From contig OZ024743.1 of the NCBI GenBank assembly GCA_964016885.1, positions 71,796,001 through 71,860,000 on the forward strand: a DNA stretch of 64,000 nt. The letters are read 5' to 3'. The position numbers and the translations under genes are program-made. Shown piece by piece: positions 58,893-64,000 of this stretch. Positions within the stretch are counted from its first letter, which is position 1, and every line of letters begins with the position of its first letter. The notes beneath the pieces are model-generated. The model saw only the letters and a program-made list of their open reading frames with translations, ran no database searches and was not told the DNA's origin. Source of the stretch: Eledone cirrhosa. Its lineage: Eukaryota.

Positions 58893-59176
58893 TAGAAGTG
58901 GTTACACAACAGTTAGTTCACCATACCGAGAACAATTGTTTCACCTTAGCGGATACTCAGCTCTGCTTACGAGCTGAGAATCCGCTAAGGTGAAATAATT
59001 GTTATCGGTATGGTGAACTAACTGTTGTCTAACCACTTCTACCTAACTCGTCCCATGGACTGAGTGCTCTACCACTGCGGATATTACCTTCCAGTGTTCT
59101 ACCACTATATATATATAGGTAGAACACTGGAAGGTAATATCCGTAGTGGTAGAGCACTCAATCCATGGGACGAGTT
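58893..59176. mobile_element. Double fold-back of the 50041-50200 HHR family
   Basis: 58893-58963 pairs with 58971-59041, and 59044-59103 pairs with 59118-59176. Cores decayed (CTGAGAA, CTGAGTA). Confidence 0.8.
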
Positions 59177-59914
59177 TATATATATAAACTCATAAACTTT
59201 ATATATATATATATATAAACTCATAAATTCATAAATTAAATCAACCTAACGGCTTACCAACAGCTTAATAACGGTTAATACAAACCCTAGAAAAGATAAT
59301 TTGTAGATAAAAAATGCATAAGATAATATACCTACAATAACAACATGGCCAGTATTTCGGTGGAATTTACATTTAACAAACAAATACCTACTGAATATAA
59401 ACGTCTCAAAATAATCCCATGGTTAATAGCTGTGAGTTACAAACAACATATACACATACATACGAACTACAACACAAAAACACTCGAATGAAAATTACAT
59501 ATCCAACTCTATCACGTGTTTTGTATTACACCTTAAATAACAAATACCTACATTATCACCACATGCCTCTCTAACAAATTGCACACTATCTTAAACATTT
59601 ATAACAATTACAACATGCTTTAACACCCCACACAAAATATGTGTATTTCAACTGCATTATAACTCTTTCCTGATACATGCCTTATTGACACCAATTTTCC
59701 TTGCTTATAACTTTTTTGCCTGTATGGCTTTTGCTTGTGATTTCCACTTATACCTCTTACAATTTCAACCAGTGCTGCCTGTAATTGTGTTTTTCAAGCA
59801 GAATATCTTTTTAACTCCTGACTCTCCACATGCTACCTATGACACTAACAACAATTATGTAACCTAAATGTTCTAAATGACTAGGATTTTAGCAACATGT
59901 TTCGACATTCCCTA

Positions 59915-59961
59915 TGCTCCGATGAATCCAGATTTCCCAATGGAAGAAACCATTGTCAGCA
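59915..59961 (+). ncRNA. Minimal type I HHR-like motif with U4C core
   Basis: TGCT-CCGATGA-A-TCCA-GATTTCCCAA-TGGA-A-GAAA-CCATTG-TC-AGCA, ending ~9 nt before a (TA)n array. Confidence 0.6.
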
Positions 59962-59967
59962 AATAAA

Positions 59968-60015
<48 letters not shown>

Positions 60016-60018
<3 letters not shown>

Positions 60019-60138
60019 GAAGGTGAGTAATATTGTAGAACAATAATACTATGCATATATCAGAGAAGTAACACTCAACAGTTGGTAGAACTGGAGTATA
60101 TATGTTGTTACCTTATTTTATCTGATGAGAACACAAAC
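60016..60138 (+). mobile_element. Fragment of the 6220-6666 family with the 5' half of its HHR
   Basis: 60016-60100 is the reverse complement of 6580-6666, followed by ATTTTATCTGATGAGAAC. Confidence 0.7.
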
Positions 60139-60139
60139 G

Positions 60140-60855
60140 CATTTTAAAGACCATAAGCTATTGTTTTAAAGTAGCAACATTGTCGCTTACTTAAATTTTC
60201 GGCAGACAGGGGGAGATAAGTTGACAGCGTTGTTTCGTACTTTTTGGTACTTATAAAAACTCACTACTCTCCCCGTCTGCCGAAAATTATGTGTGTTAGA
60301 TTCTTATAGAACTCCAGTAACAATCAGGAACTGATTTTACAGAGCGGTCGCCGGCCCAGCAGAAATTGAAAATTAGAATTTGGCGCTCTGAAATAGCGAT
60401 ATATATATATGAATGTATATATAGTGTATTTTGCAATACACTCTATCCTTAATTAAAAGCATATTGAAGACCATACGTATGCATTTAATTAAGCATACAG
60501 TGTATTGCAAAATACACTATATATACATTCATATATGTATATAGGTATTTCAGGGCACCAAATCTAATTTTCAATTTCTGCTGGGCCGGCGATCGCTCTG
60601 TAAAGTCAGTTCTTGATTGTTACTGGAATTCTATAAGAACCCAACACACATCCTTTTCGGCAGACGGGGAGAGTAGTGAGTTTTGATAAGTACCAAAACG
60701 TACGAAACAGCGCTGTCGACTTATCTCCCCCTGCCTGCCGAAAATTTAAGTAAGCGACAATGTCGCTACTTTTGAAGCATTAGCGTATGGTCTTCAAAAT
60801 GCTTTTAATTAAGCATACAGTGTATTGCAAAATACACTATATATACCTTCACATA
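60140..60855. mobile_element. Head-to-head pair of 320-nt non-coding HHR units (retrozyme-like)
   Basis: TAATTAAGCATACAG at 60486 and 60806 (period 320). 60140-60478 is an inverted, slightly more than unit-length copy. Confidence 0.85.
60678..60722 (+). ncRNA. Type I HHR, U3/A8 core, extended stem I (60655-60744)
   Basis: GAGTT-TTGATAA-GTAC-CAAAAC-GTAC-GAAA-CAGCGCTG-TC-GACTT. Outer pairings GGGGAGA/TCTCCCC and TTTTCGGCAG/CTGCCGAAAA. Confidence 0.82.
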
Positions 60856-60867
60856 TGTATATATATA

Positions 60868-60943
60868 TATTGTTATGCTTTGGGAGGGACATATTGCAAA
60901 TAAGGAAACACACGCACCAGTTGCTTTCACTTCAATTTATTAT
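60868..60943 (-). mobile_element. Naiad-like PLE 3' terminus
   Basis: Matches 11272-11347. Confidence 0.8.
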
Positions 60944-60946
60944 ATA

Positions 60947-61325
60947 CTAGCAGTAAAGCCCGGCGTTGCTCGGGGTCGCTCAGTAGCTGTGTTAAAGTTA
61001 CAATGTTAAGTTTCTTTTTTGGCTTAAAAACTGTAGTGTCTACTGTGCAAACTTGCATGTGGTGTTTTTGATTAATATTCCCTCAACCAACAATATGCCT
61101 TATGAAGTTAAGAAAACATAACGATAACCCGAATGTTATAACAAAAGAGGATGCTGGGGATAAAAACTGCACTGGTTATTTATTAACAAAGATCGAAAAT
61201 GTAAACACTGCAACGCAGAGAAAAACAACGTAAGACGCTCAATGTAAACAGAACAAAGGGAAATAACTCGTCACCTACGCTCAAAAATCGATACATTAGA
61301 TTCGATTTCGTCACATAGGGTGATA
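60947..61325 (-). mobile_element. Non-autonomous Helitron-like 3' end
   Basis: CTAG next to the GC hairpin CCCGGCGTTGCTCGGG. Confidence 0.6.
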
Positions 61326-61678
61326 TATATATATATATTATATATATATATTATATATATATATATATTATATATATATATATTATATATTATATATATA
61401 TATTATATATATATATATATTATATATATATATATATTATATATATATATATGTATTATATATATATATATTATATATATATATTATCTATATATATATT
61501 ATATATATATATTATATATATATTATATATTTATATATATTATATATATATATATATATTATATATATTATATATTTATATATTATATATATATTATATA
61601 TATATATTATATATATATATTATATATATATATATTATATATATATATTATATATGTATATTATATATTTATATATAT

Positions 61679-61710
<32 letters not shown>

Positions 61711-62070
61711 ATTATATATATATATTATATATATATATTATATATATATATATGTTATATATATATATTATATATATATATATATTATATATATATATAT
61801 AATATATATATATATATTATATATATATATATATTATATATATATATTATATATATATATATATATTATATATATATATATTATATATATATATTATATA
61901 TATATATTATATATATATATATTATATATATATATTATATATATATATATATATTATATATATATATATTATATATATATATTATATATATATATTATAT
62001 ATATATATATTATATATATATATTATATATATATTATATATATATATATATATTATATATATATATTATA

Positions 62071-62113
<43 letters not shown>

Positions 62114-62120
62114 ATTATAT
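61326..62120. repeat. (TA)n array with periodic TT phase shifts
   Basis: Direct inspection. Confidence 0.97.
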
Positions 62121-62149
62121 AACGATGTCGTTACTCGATAAAACATGAA

Positions 62150-63381
<1,232 letters not shown>

Positions 63382-63402
63382 TATATATATATTATATATA
63401 TA

Positions 63403-63487
<85 letters not shown>

Positions 63488-63489
<2 letters not shown>

Positions 63490-64000
63490 TTTTGCGAGGT
63501 TTTTTATATGAAATCGTGTGTCGAAACAGATATTGTTATACTTGGGGAGGGTCATATTTGCGTAATATTGCCAGAATTAATAACAGAACACACTCACCAT
63601 AACCTCAATGGCTAAAAAGACTCCCATAGGAAGGTGGATTGGGTGGACCAAAGCCATACGGACCCCCCGAAACACTGATCAGGCAAGAAAAATGGTCGCA
63701 CATGCAATAGGGGCTAGTATCAAAACTACCCTAAAGGGCCACATATTTAAGTTCAATGAGAAAATCTACACCCAAAATGAGGGAGCAGCCATCGGCGTCA
63801 GCATAGCTGGTGATGTTGCCAACCTTTTCATGGTATGGTGGGAAAGGAGACTTAAAGATCTCCTTAATGAAAGCTCCATAGACCTCATCATGTACTCTCG
63901 TTATGTAGATGATATCAATATAGTTATAAGAACACCCCCACTAGAGAGCACTAACAAGTTTGATTTAGAACGTAGAACGATGGAAAGCATCCAGCAGATA
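63488..64000 (+). mobile_element. 5'-truncated Naiad-like PLE with inverted pseudo-LTR + tail (63488-63597); runs off the window
   Basis: 63530-63597 is the reverse complement of the 7459-7526 terminus. Confidence 0.85.
63599..64000 (+). CDS. Naiad-like PLE reverse transcriptase (partial, not in the ORF track)
   Basis: Open to the window end: HIFKFNEKIYTQNEGAAIGVSIAGDVANLFMVWW...YSRYVDDINIV. Confidence 0.88.
   Translation, partial: MTSMAKKTPIGRWIGWTKAIRTPRNTDQARKMVAHAIGASIKTTLKGHIFKFNEKIYTQNEGAAIGVSIAGDVANLFMVWWERRLKDLLNESSIDLIMYSRYVDDINIVIRTPPLESTNKFDLERRTMESIQQI

Overview
Gene-free, very AT-rich eukaryotic repeat landscape. The (TA)n density and the SINE/RTE/Penelope mix suggest a coleoid cephalopod such as Octopus (inference). 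No host exon can be supported, and nearly all long ORFs in the track are (TA)n artefacts. Real coding remnants belong to retroelements: Penelope-like elements (PLEs) of at least three types (Naiad-like YVDD, Nematis-like GLYRDD, Neptune-like), RTE, CR1-group, R4/Dong-like and CRE-like LINEs. There are also two tRNA-derived SINE families and non-autonomous Helitron ends. The main hidden signal is RNA structure. Reading by eye on both strands gives more than 20 type I hammerhead ribozyme (HHR) motifs, about 10 with intact cores. They lie in PLE 3' ends and in many short non-coding, TA-targeted fold-back elements. These include a 320-nt circularly permuted HHR unit (retrozyme-like), and several inversion or truncation breakpoints that coincide with ribozyme landmarks. 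All folds and alignments were done by eye and element boundaries are approximate.
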